Source: Pocillopora damicornis
Taxonomy: Eukaryota
Direction: 5' to 3'
Length of the DNA stretch: 64,000 bases
NCBI RefSeq assembly: GCF_003704095.1
Contig: NW_020845961.1
Coordinates: 124,001 to 188,000, forward strand
Both the position numbers and the translations under genes were made by a program. The notes under the pieces are model-generated. The model was not told the DNA's origin and made no database searches. It saw nothing but the letters and a program-made list of their open reading frames with translations. Numbering within the stretch: position 1 is the stretch's first letter; each line of letters opens with the position of its first letter. This document shows positions 25,685 to 37,653 of this stretch, piece by piece.

Positions 25685-28379
25685 TCTGAAATACACAAAG
25701 ACAGGTTAAGACCTCAAGTTCGCTCTCTCGTTTACGTTTGCAAGTGTACTATACTCGCCCGTAACAACTAGAATTTACAACGCAGTTCGACTATTAGATG
25801 TGACAGCGAAGGAATTCAACTTCTATTGAATCGTATTCGCGTTTCTGCGTGAGGTTCCGCAATAATTACGTGATCGCTGTGGGCACTTGTTTCTCATTAG
25901 TACGTGTATGCTTCACTCGCCATGGGCAGTTTTTTTTCAATTAGTTGATTAACACTACGTAGTTCTTGGTTCGTCGTTTCGTTATCATCTACGTTAGTTT
26001 TTGCTAAGGCGGCCGTGTTGTTTAGTATCTAAGAATTTCTCTGACCTAAATTGTCGGTTCGTTTTTATTTCATATAGTTTCTTTTTTCGGTCTGATATCT
26101 GTGTTTATTTGTTTTTAGTTCAAGCACAACTTCATTAATTTTGTAAAATGCATATGTATGCTTTCATTTCGGGGCGTAGAACCCTTAACATCAATCTTCA
26201 TCGCCAAAGAAAAGTTCCTTGCTACTTATTTCAGCGAAAGTCTTGTCAAGAAAATCTTGCTGGACTAAAATCTCTTAAGCTTAAGTTTTCTCCAAAATCC
26301 GTCAAGTCACGTTTTGATTAAGAAGATTTGAAAAAAAATAAATCATCAGTTTTTTTCTCTTAGCCAAATGGAAATTTTTTTCTGGGACTAAGATTCTTCT
26401 CGTCAGAGCAAACACGACTTGATTGACGAGGTCTTAAAAGTACTCAGCTACCGTGTCGAATGCGAGAGTCATAGGGTTTCCAACGATGATCGAGTGAGAA
26501 AACACAAGCTCACAATTGAATTTGCCCTTTCTTGTGGTGCCATCGTATCATTAACTCACAACTGCCGCATTTCTTGTGAATGATTCAGTTTAAACTTGAA
26601 CATTGTAGTTACTAAAAACAGTTTCTTTTCTCACCTTTTCAGGGAAAATGCACTGAACCTCGTTCTCCAGGAGGCCGCTATACAAAATATAGAAATAACA
26701 TCTCAAAACGTTTTAACAATACGTTAAAAAAGGCTAATTAAAACTAATAATCACCTACCCACCTTGATGAATAAATTTATGACTAAAACTGCAAAGAGAG
26801 TTCACCAGGTAAAATAGGACAGCTGCAAAATTTAATTTAATAAGTGATTTTATTGATTGTTTAATGTTTTGAGGAGATCATCACACAATCTTACCTCTTG
26901 ATATCTGCGCAGAGCTAGTTGTGTAAAACATAATTTGGTTTTCAATGTTTCCGGCCGTCATTAGTCCACTAGAAAACTCAGCAGTCAGCTCTGAGGGGGG
27001 CTTGTTACACATTTAACCTCTTTGTTATCTGCTGAAAAGATAATTCGTTTTGTCCAGTCAAGCCTTTTCTTGGCGGTCACTCACGGAGAATGGCCGCTTA
27101 AGACAGGTTTGCCGCTATATATAGGTTCCACAGATGAGGGGTATTGTAAAAAACGGTAAACAACGCCACTTTATGCCATAACTGACCATTCGATGTACAG
27201 AACCTCGCTCGAAATACTGGTACTACTACTAATACTTTGATTTTGGGAGACAAACATGGATTAAGAATTATCTCAAAGATTATTCTCTAGGTGGTTCCAC
27301 TTTCAGTGACCATTCAATAAAGGTGGCGAACAAAAAAAAAACAAAAACAAAAGAGAAAAACAGAAAAACAGGCCGTTGGAACTTAGTAAAAGGTGACCGC
27401 TTATTAGAGGAGAAAATTACAACGATTGAGTGGTAAAAAATGCGGTACTTTGAAAACTGACCGCTTAATACAGGGTGGAACGTTTATTTCATTGATAAAC
27501 ATTGCACTCAGGTTTGTTACCTCTTGGCTATCGTCAATGGTCAGGGTGACATGACAAATCTGTTGAACAATATTCCAGGTAAGAATCAAGAATTAAGAGT
27601 CTCTTAGTCTTTTCAAACAACTATAGCGCAAGATAGAAGATCAGACATAGAAGGTTCTGGCGAAACACCCCAACTGCGCGCTATAAAATGAAGTTAATTA
27701 TATTTTCGTAGTTGTATGGATTTGGTTTAGTTGAAGGTATTGTGTTAGACTGGTTAATTGGTTTTCTCAATAAATTATGATGTAGAAATTTCACTGGGTG
27801 CATTTAAAAAATAATATATTACAATTTCAGTCTTATTCGCATCGTCCCAGAATCAATAGATGGTTTCTGGAACAAGAATGATGACAATGGAATTACTGGA
27901 ATGCTGTTTCACGCTCAAGAAACTTTCTATAGTATTTTTAAAACATTTCTTGTAATGTTAGCTCTGAGAATTCAGTGTTAAATCAAAGGATATCTTTAAG
28001 TTGATTCATTTCCTTCTTCTCATAGTCTCTTCGCTTGAGAATATACTGACGCTGAAAGGGGAAATTCCGTTTTGGTCACGCGTGGTTGTAATAGGGCGAA
28101 ATCATATGTGCAAAAATTTTGAGCTGAATCCAGGAACGATGTGTATAATATCAGGAGAACTTAACGTGAAGAGGCATATCTATGCGAAGAAAATGTTCCT
28201 CGATTTCAGGTTGTGACTTACTTGGACCAGGATTAGGTTGTTTTATTATAAACAAATTGCATCGGATGAAATACTTAAGAATTTCATTTTGACGGAAAGG
28301 AAATTAACGACGCCGAAAAGGCGTGAAATCCTCAGTAATGCGACATAAAGTCACATTTGAGCTACGATTTCATTTTCAG

Positions 28380-29780
28380 TTATGGAGGAGGGTTCTTCCC
28401 TCTTCACGGTGAAAAATATATTGCGGATGATCTCAGTTGTACAGGTAAGAAATAAATGAAACGAAATGTCTTGTATTGCATTGGTACCTTTTTCTGAGGA
28501 AGGGAGGGGGAATGAGATACATACGCGCAAGAGGATCATAAAAGAGCTATTTTGAATCAAAAAGAAATTGCTGGAATAAAAACTATGGTAGCAGCTATAT
28601 ATATATATATATTTATTCGGTAATATTGATTTAATGTTTAGATGTGGAGGCTGAAGGAGGAAATGAAGCGGGTGAAAAAAAAGTGGACGATAATGATTCC
28701 GAACGCACAGGTAAATTAGCAATCAAAAATGTCTGAAAGAACATGACTCCGTGTAAGGTTTATTTCAGTCAAAATTCAAAACCTGATTACGAAAAATATG
28801 CTGATTGTAGAAATGATTTTGATATAAAATTAGATTCCTTTTTAAAAAAAAACTGCACGAAACCTCTAGAGGGCTGGCCTCTTTACCCTTTCCCCCTCCT
28901 TGTAAATCCAGGGGTTCGGCGGTAAACAGAACTTAAGTCTGGTGCCAAACTGATTCCAGTAGGGATTCGATATCCGACTGATCATGTTCAGTCTTTCATT
29001 GTGAATGAATTTGCAACGAAATTGTCTCAAAATTTCACTTTTTCGGCCAATGATAGTTAGAGGGACTTGGCTGAAAAAATGCAGAAATCTCATGTGACCT
29101 TTTTGTAACTTAAAGCTTGTATTATTGCTTTCCAGTCAAGGCGGATGGTTCCATCTCACGTCTAGAAAGTAAACCTGATTTTGTTAATTACAGCTTTAAT
29201 GATAAGACTGTGCGAGACGAAAATTGAGTTTCATTAAATTTATAAGAACATGTAAAGAAAGAGGGATTGATTCAACCTTTCACTAGTCAATTTTAAGAAC
29301 AGCTTTTATGGTGTTGATGAGGAACAGAAAAAAACGGAGTTGGATAATTTGAGTATTTAAATATTTAACTACGGATTTCCACCAGTTTTCTTTTCCCCAG
29401 TAAAAAACTATTTATACTGCATTTATCAAAAGAACTTGACTGTATGAGATTACTGGCAATGAGAAATTCATCAATTTGACTCCATTGAATTGTAGCAAGA
29501 GAACCGTACGGTTTCAAGATGATTCGGTAAAAGAGCAGGTAACCTTGGAAGTTTACGCCAGATTTGCTCTCTTCACTCACCCTTTAATAGATTCAAACTG
29601 CAACCAACGTCAGGTCGCCAAAATTCATCTCCAGTCTGGCTGCAGAGTGACAGTGGATACAGTGCCCAACAAATTATTTATCTCCACGTTGTTTTCCTCA
29701 CCATCAACAGATTTAGGCTACTTTTATGCGAACGTTGCGGGAAAATGACTCCGAGAATCCATCTACTCCAGCTTTGGTAT
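28380..29780 (+). pseudogene. Probable decayed gene, tentatively astacin (M12A) fold-like
   Basis: ag/gt-bounded blocks at 28380-28444, 28642-28709 and 29401-29538, plus acceptor-led blocks at 28911 and 29591. 28911 onward reads GFGGKQNLSLVPN*FQ*GFDIRLIMFSL (compare astacin GGxQxxSLGxGC...G.I.HExxHAL), and QVAKIHLQSGC resembles the astacin end D..KIN..Y.C. In-frame stops are present. Confidence 0.35.
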
Positions 29781-30083
29781 TCATTATATATTACTGCTGT
29801 CAGTCTTTGAATCAGACAACTTTAGCAATAATCCAAGAAGAGCTGGATGAAAGACCATCATCTTCTTATACAGCTTACAAATATACTGATAACGTGCATT
29901 TACAAAAACTTTCAAAATATCACTAATGGCCACAGTTCGCAAAATGTACTCGAGTTCACACTATTCCTTGTACTTCTTTTCAACGTTATATACGCTGTAA
30001 TTTGTGTTTGCTCAGTCTTACCGCGTGCATTCTTGCATCTATGTTTTTATGCAAGGAAAAAGTAGAAAGTTCATTTCATCGCT

Positions 30084-32307
30084 AGAAAAGTTTTTAGGAT
30101 GGCTAATGATCTTAACGATCTGTATTTGAAATTCAGTCTACCCAGTTGATTAGCAAAAATAGTTACCACCTCAGTTTCTAATAGTTGTTGACGTTCTTTA
30201 CTAGGTTCTATGGGAAAAGGCTTTTCTTTTCGCTCCAGCCTCTCACAGAGGTGTGAATGGAGAGGATGTACACGCACAAGTTCTGAATCTTATGAGGCGA
30301 CGGCATAACTCCAAAAAGTATTAATCCGAGGGCCTCGATATTTTTAATAACCAATGAATCTAAGATCGCTTAATTATTGATAAAACACAATGTTTTAACG
30401 ACCTGGAAGCAAATCTGTAGGGAAAAGCACATTTTTTTTTCTTTTTCGGATTCTGCGAGCGTACCTCAGTGTCACAAAAGCTGCCCGCGTAGTTTAAGAA
30501 GATTGCTAGAACTGATCTAGAGTAGATAAGGAAAAGAAATACAAGGCTGGCATTGCCCCAATAATACCATCGACAATGCCATATTGCTGCATTATTGATG
30601 AGAAACTTTAACTTTGCTGGCAATATTGATAACAAGAAGACATTTCTCTCCTCGATGAGAACTGAGAAGTATATTCAAGTGGAGTATCGATCCTCTACTT
30701 AAAAGTTATTATGGGCTTTTTACTCCCATTTCACAGTCCTGTTCCCTAACAAAGAGGATTTCAAAGGGCGTAGTCAACTTTTAAAGTATGAAGTAGGTAC
30801 TAGTAAGTGTTTTGTAAGAAGAAGAACGAGAAGTAGGACGATGCCGAAAAGAAATAAAAGATCTGAACACCTCCGGAGCCGCAAACGCCTTACTGTGTTA
30901 GCGTCGACACCTCAAATGTAGGCCGGAATCTATTTGAATGTTGAAGGGCGTTTAATTTAAGAAAGTTCGTTAGATAGGTAAAGAATATTTTGAACACTGA
31001 ATTTTAACCCGCTCTCTAGCATACTGGCATATTGTATAAAATTAACACCCTCAGTGGAAAAGCAAGAATATGATGCATTTCTTATTTATCATTAGAATCA
31101 GTCAGCATGGTTAATTAAGTCGTTTGTTTGCTGTCGCCTCGCAGATATATGCTTTCCTGAAACATGATCAGACTTAAATTGGAGTATCGTCATCAGTTTC
31201 CCAATGAAACTCATTCGACTTTCGATCCTTTGCCTCTAAGGCACTATTTGGTACGAGTTAGCATGACTTTGTAGGTTAAACAGTTCAAATTGTTTTGCAT
31301 GTAAAAAAAGCATCGAAAAGTTTTTGGGATGGTTAATGATCTTAACAATCTGTATTCAAAATTCAATCTACCCAGTTGATTAACAAAAATGGGTGCCACC
31401 TCAGTTTCTAACAATCATTGACGTTCTTTACTACGTTTCAGAGAAAAGGCTCTTCTTTTCGCTTCAGCTTGTCACAGAGGTGTGAATCGAGAGGATGTAC
31501 ATGCACAAGTTCTGAATCTTATGAGGCGAAGGCATAACTCCAGAAAAAATTAATCCTCGATATGTTTAATAACCAATGAATCTAAGATGGCTTAATTATT
31601 AATGAAAGACAATCTTTTAACTACCTGGAAGCAAATCTTTAGGGAAAAGCACATTATTTTCTTTTTCGAATTCAGCGAAGGTGCCTCAGTTACAAAAAAG
31701 CTGCCAGCGTAGTTTAAGAAGAGTGCTAGAATTGATCTAGAGTTGATGAGGAGAAGAATTACAAGGCTGGCATTGCTTAATAATACTATCGACAATGCCA
31801 TATTGCTGCATTATTGATGAAAAACTTTAGCTTTGCTGGCAATATTGATAACAAGAAGATATTTCTCACCTCGATGAGAACTGAGAAGTATTCAAGTGGA
31901 GTATCAATCCTCTACTTAAAAGTTGTTATGGGCTTTTTACTCCCATTTCACAGTTCTCTTCCTTGACAAAGAAAATTTCAAAGGGCGTAGTCAACTTTTA
32001 AAGTATGAAGTAGGTAAGTGTTTTGTAAGAAGTAGAACGAGAAGTAGGACGACGCCGAAAAGGAATAGAAGATCCGAACACCTCCGGAGCTACAAACGCT
32101 TTATTGCGTTAGCGTCGGCACCTCAAATGTAGGCCGGAATCTATTTGAATGCTCAGGATTGAAGGGTTTTTAATTTAACAAAGTTCGTTGGATAGGATAA
32201 AGAATATTTTGAACCCGCACTCTTGCTTACCGACATATTGTATAAAATTAACACTATCTGTTAAAAAGCAACAATATGATGCATTTCTTATTTATCATTA
32301 GGATCAA
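30084..32307. repeat. Tandem segmental duplication: ~1.0 kb copies at 30084-31100 and 31315-32307
   Basis: Colinear high similarity from gaaaagttttt.ggatgg.taatgatcttaac to gatgcatttcttatttatcattag.atca. Confidence 0.95.
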
Positions 32308-33066
32308 GCAGTAGCATTAAGTCGCTGTATGCCAATTGGTTGAAACACAAGCTAAAACAACCCGTTTGACGATGATGTCAAATTTCCATGGGTTACTAGT
32401 TTAAGAGAGGGTTATAGGCGATAGGCGAACACTCTGCTTCTCAGTATATTTGACAAACAGCCAGGAAAAGACGAGTCGCCTTGGAGAAAGAGGCACAGAG
32501 ATATGTAGCTTGAAAACAAGTAGCGCTCCTTTTGTTTCATTTGGTATATCTTATACTGCGTCCAACTCAAACAAGTTGAAAGTTTTTGCACAAAAATCGA
32601 TGATTGTGAACCCGTTTGAAACTAAAGCAGCTTTTCAGCACAATTCATCCTTCAGGAAGACCAAGGCACTATCACAATCCTTATCTAAAAGAGGTAATAA
32701 TTGTATCGTAAGGAAAACGATTCTGATGAAAAATGGCGTTTCAACAGTTTCGGAATGATGACATCTTGAACGTGCCATTTATGTGTTGACATGTCAGTGG
32801 AAATTTCTGAAATTGTAGTTCACTGCAAGGGTCATTTCTTTTCCTCAATTTCGTCCGTAGGAATGAATATTACGTATTCAGTCATATTATCAGATCCCTT
32901 CCACGCGCGGCCATGTAATATCCTTTATATGTAAAACTCGTTAGTACTTATAATTATTAAAGAAAAGATACATATGGATGTTAGCGACATGTTATAACTT
33001 TACAGTATCATTATTACTGAATAACTGAACATGTACATGTCCTTTGCTTACAGATTTTCAGTCGCC

Positions 33067-34952
33067 ATGGAAATTTGTCTTTATGCCCTGTTCATCATAT
33101 TGGGCCTACCCACAACATTTACCGGCCAGCCTGCGTGCCGGGACAACCAAGAGGAGTTTGGTTTTGCCTTGGTTGGGCATGACTACAAAAGTGTGTACGC
33201 TGACCATTTCAGCCGCTGCTATTTTGAGTGCACTTCAGAGGAGAGATGTCAAAGTGTGACGTATCTCTGGGATCAAAAGGAATGTAAAATGAACAACGAG
33301 ACAAAGAAGTCAAGACCTGAGGATTATGTGCAAAATCCAGCGGCTACCTATATGGAGAATACCTTCCGAGGTATTGTTAACCAGGAACATTTTCTAGTTA
33401 TGTCTGTAAACCATTTTGGAAGGGAGGGGACTGTAATTTTTACCTTTGCTCGTTGACTCCTTCGCTTGTTGCATGAGCTCAGTTAAGATAAAGCTATATT
33501 CTCTCTGACAGAAGACTGCTTACTTATTTTCTCTACAGCAAAGAAAGGCTCGAAATCCTCGATCCCAGGTCATTCTTGCCGAGAAATCGTATTAAGCAAT
33601 AACTCCCAGGGGGATGGTGAGTACTGGATCGACCCAACAGCTTCAGGGAGACCCTTCACAGTGTTCTGTGACATGACGACTGACGAAGGTAAAAAAAAAA
33701 ACTTACATAATTTGATAAATGACAAATTACATTTTAGATAGACTTGGCTTTTCGTTTGCTGGGCTGCCAACATTAACCTTTACATACTTGAGAACTGCCT
33801 CTTTTCTAAAGTTATACTCAAACATAATGAAGGGCCTGTATCTAACATTCAGAAAAAATATCTTAAGAGCATAAATATACAAAATTTCTTTATATGAAAA
33901 GCTCTTCGTTTTGATGAGCGCGGATGTCCCAGATGAAAAAAATACCATGTACTTATGCTTGCGATCTTTCATTGGGCACAATTTGGGCTGCAAATTGAAA
34001 TTATCTCCCCTTAATTGGGATCCTCTCTACATCTTCAAATCTTCATCACTCTGCATGCAACTCGTATCTTCCCAGGAAAGACTAGAAAAAATGGCGCTCT
34101 TTTTTTGGTTCGACGATAAAAACGTACGCAGCTAGAAAAACAATGCTCTAAAGTCTTGAAAAACTCCTCAGTCCCTTGACTTCCCGAAGATTACCTTAAG
34201 ATTTTTCTTGTTCTGTGAAGTAAATGGCAATGTTCTGTTATGTTGTGCCCAACCACCTCTGTCATGCATTGCAAGCTTTAGTGGAAGCCCTAGGGACTTC
34301 TTCTGTCATGCATTGTAAGCGTAGTTGAAGCTCTAGCTTCTAAATTAACCCTTTTCAAGTTACTGACTGTTCGCCGTGATTCCCCCTCTTCACAGGTGGT
34401 TGGACTCTCGTCCATCGCTTTACCATGAGAGATCCCAGTTCTTCAGATGATTCTACTTACGAATCCAACTCCTATCAAGAGATTCTACCCAAATACAATC
34501 TCAATCATCAGTTCCTGTTGAGGCATGGCTTTAGCAAGTTAAAAACTGACATGGGTTTCACTCAGATCCGGTTTTACTGCTTTAAAAAGAAGCCAGGATC
34601 AGTATTCCATATCACGACAAGCAAGAACATAAAGGGAACTGCAGTGGTGGACTTTTTCACAGTATCTGATTCTATGCCTGAGGCGTGTGGATCTTTTACT
34701 CGCTTTTCAGACGATAACTCAACCTTAGCCTCTATTTGTGATGAATGGGGCCACCCGAGTAACAATCGATGGGGACATAGATCTTACCGAACGGATGAGC
34801 GCCTCTTTAGGAGACCGCTTTTCCGCAAGGGGACTAATAGCAATAACATGAATTTCATTTTTTTCCGAGTATCGGGGGGCTTTCCCTATTGTTGTGATGA
34901 CAGTGACATGGAGGCATCTTTGGGTGATACATGGAAGATATTTGTACGATAA
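33067..34952 (+). CDS. Secreted PAN/apple domain + fibrinogen-like-start protein, paralog B, ~336 aa
   Basis: Exons 33067-33370, 33539-33688, 34396-34952 with the same intron positions and phases as paralog A. Signal-like MEICLYALFIILGLPTTFTG, CRDNQEEFGFALVGHDY, DGEYWIDP, FCDMTTDEGGWTL, DMGFTQIRFYCFKKK, LGDTWKIFVR. Confidence 0.85.
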
Positions 34953-34999
34953 TATGAAAAACACTGGGCTAAGTTCACGAGCTTTAGCTGCTTTTCACT

Positions 35000-35660
35000 T
35001 ACTGCAGTGACCAAGACTTGCTTTCCTCTTAAAATATCACGCAGACAATTGATGAGGATATAGAAACGTATAAATTAGGAGATTCTAAATAAACGAGATA
35101 CTAAATTCTCAGAACTTCTTATAAGCAATGAATGGCAGAAGTTTGCAGCCTACCTTTATTACTGCTGTATGCATTCTTCTAAAATAATTAACCTCACACA
35201 CAGATTTAGACTATGCTATTTCCAAAGTACTAGAATAGTCATCCACAAAAAATAAAGTACTAAACCAGGTAAAGTAAATTCAAGTAACTCCCTCTTGTAT
35301 TCATACATTTTCAAGCGAACAGATATTGAGAAGACTCAAGCCTAACAGGTAGAGGTTGTTACCTAGATCTAACACCAAATTCTCTGAACTTATTTCAAAG
35401 GAAGTCTGTAGCAAAAAGAGAGTAGAATTAACAATCAGATCTTGGGAGTTTACCCTTCAACTCCCACAAGTGGTGAACCTCTGCCTATGATATCCATATG
35501 TTTTTTAGCTAATGGTTATTAATACTAAAACTTATTAGGAGGAAATTGTTATCTAGATATTACACCAAATTCACTTAACTAATTTACAAGGAATTATGTG
35601 GCAGCACAAGGAGAGGATTAACAATCAGATCTTGGGAGTTCAAGAATTTAATGTAAAAGT
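35000..35660 (-). mobile_element. Cluster of degenerate copies of the AACCC-ended MITE family
   Basis: Recurrent ctagat.t.acaccaaatt ... attaacaatcagatcttgggagtt at about 35360-35450 and 35550-35640, reverse complement of the 18940 element. Confidence 0.65.
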
Positions 35661-35943
35661 GGGTTAAGGAAATAAAATTACAATTCAGTTTGTTTGCTGT
35701 TCTTTGTATGATCCTTAAAATATCATGGTTGCCCTCTGGGTATATATCTTTTCCAATTTTACCATTCAAGGGTCACATATTCATCAATTTATCTTAACAC
35801 AAAATGCTATGCAGCCACATTGATCAAATAAATACCATGACACATGGAAAGCCACTTCTGATTTTTGTTAGTTGGCAAAATATTCTCTGCGGATACACAG
35901 ACAAAACAACAAAATCCAGAGAAAAGAGACTTTTATTGACAAT

Positions 35944-37114
35944 TTAATGCTGTTGTTGTTGTTGTTTTCTCATTGCAGCAATGACGCCTTGCATTTCTTC
36001 ACGCTTTCTCTTTCCTCGGGTATGGGTTCCCAGCTACAATGACATTTGAAATAACACTTGGTTAAAGAGTCGATCACGTCAATTCATGTAAAAAATGTTA
36101 AACAGCCAATAATTACCCTCTTCTTGACAAATTTCAAGGCCCTTTTATCTTTGCCTATCCTGAGCAACTCCATGCAACGTTTCTCATAAGGTGTAAATCC
36201 AACAACTTCACGCACAAGATCGCGGATGAATTTGACCCTTTTGTTACCAGCCTGGAAAAAAACAAGAAAGAAAAGTTTATAGATCACCAAGAGTCTTCAT
36301 CTTTTTATCCTTACTGTTATAGGAAGTAGAAAGGAAAACACATCCACAAGACAGAACACAGTTTCTACCCAAAAGCACTCAGTTATAAGATTGGGGAAGT
36401 TTGAGAAAAATTGTCCCTTAAAATTCTCCTTCTGGACTATTTTAGAGCACTTCACAGCTCCCGAGAACAAACCTAAATAAGTGCACAGCTATAGCTAAGA
36501 ACCAGTAACCGGCCAAAACTGAAAGCAAGTATGCCACCTTCAGCAGCCTACTCACACATGTTCCACAAACATTGCTGATAAACAGTCATGCAGCTATTCA
36601 ATTTCCATTGCCAGATTCTGTAGCACAGCCATTCCCAAGTGCAAGTGGAATTGGAATTAAAGACATATGATAACTCTATCATTAAACATTCTCCCTTAAT
36701 TAGTAATAGTTGTTTGTATACAATGGTGACAAAGTAATTAAATGTTCAGTGTCTGATCTAGAGCATGCCACTGCAGGATTGCCACAGTTTGAGCAAATAT
36801 GACCCTTTCAAATACCTGTTCTGGGTCATTCAGGCACACTTCAAATTGTGTTTAAAAAGAAAAAGAACAAGGAAATGTAAATTCTCCGGGTACAAAATCT
36901 TCTTAAAANNNNNNNNNNNNNNNNNNNNNNNNNNNNNNNNNNNNNNNNNNNNNNNNNNNNNNNNNNNNNNNNNNNNNNNNNNNNNNNNNNNNNNNNNNNN
37001 NNNNNNNNGAAAAAAACTTACTCCTTTTCTTCTGGATGGTTTCGGTTTCTGCACTGTTTTCGTGGTTTTGTGACCCTTGTGGAGTCCTACCGCCATTTCC
37101 AGGTTACGAGCCAT
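35944..37114 (-). CDS. RPL36: 60S ribosomal protein L36 (eL36), 3 coding exons, 105 aa
   Basis: Exons 37114-37022, 36251-36117, 36033-35944. [13 protein letters not shown]...[61 protein letters not shown] at 35937-35932. Confidence 0.97.
36909..37008. other. Assembly gap (100 N) inside an RPL36 intron
   Basis: Run of exactly 100 N, typical of a placeholder gap. Confidence 0.99.
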
Positions 37115-37433
37115 GGTTTCTTCTCTGTTCGATTAATATTTGGATAAATTTTTAGTTTGAAATGCGATAATTAACGATAAAAGTTTAACAATTTCAACAT
37201 TCAAGCTGTTTCAACCTTATGTCCCACATAAATTCGAAGCCTGTGATTAAACAACTTCGCCCAAATTTTTCATGACACAGACGTAAGATGCTCTGAGAAG
37301 TCAGTTCGACTTGAATTATAGAAAAAAAAGGAAATAATCTGTCTCAGAAACATAGAAATAGCATTTTTATTTGTTACATGTAAAAGTCTATAATATTTCT
37401 CAAGGATGGCAAAGATGAAAGTCGATATATTAC

Positions 37434-37485
37434 CTCGTTCGAAGAACACAACAGTGGTCGAAACGAAGGGGTAGAAGAGGAAGAG
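37434..37485 (-). promoter_or_regulatory. RPL36: RPL36 non-coding first exon starting in a polypyrimidine (TCT/5'TOP) initiator
   Basis: The - strand reads CTCTTCCTCTTCTACCCCTTC...GAG|gtaata; matching acceptor aacag| at 37125, 10 nt before the ATG. Confidence 0.7.
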
Positions 37486-37653
37486 CCAGCGGTAATCAAG
37501 ACTATATGGTAGCGGTGAAGTTTTGAAAAAAGGCGTGCGCTGGCACTCGGGCGCGATAGAGATCTGGAACCGAGATACCAACGTGTCTCCTTTCGTGAGG
37601 AAATTCAACGCTTCTTTTAGTGATTAGCCTTTATTTCTCCGTTCTAATCTCCT
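37486..37653. promoter_or_regulatory. Compact bidirectional promoter RPL36/PGM3
   Basis: Only ~170 bp of CpG-rich sequence between the inferred RPL36 start site and the PGM3 ATG. Confidence 0.65.

Noticed and set aside
36252-37433. Intronic snoRNA in RPL36 (hairpins near 36600-36655 and 36795-36830)
   Set aside because: I could not find properly placed H/ACA or C/D boxes on the sense strand, and part of the intron is an N gap. An Infernal/snoscan search would settle it.
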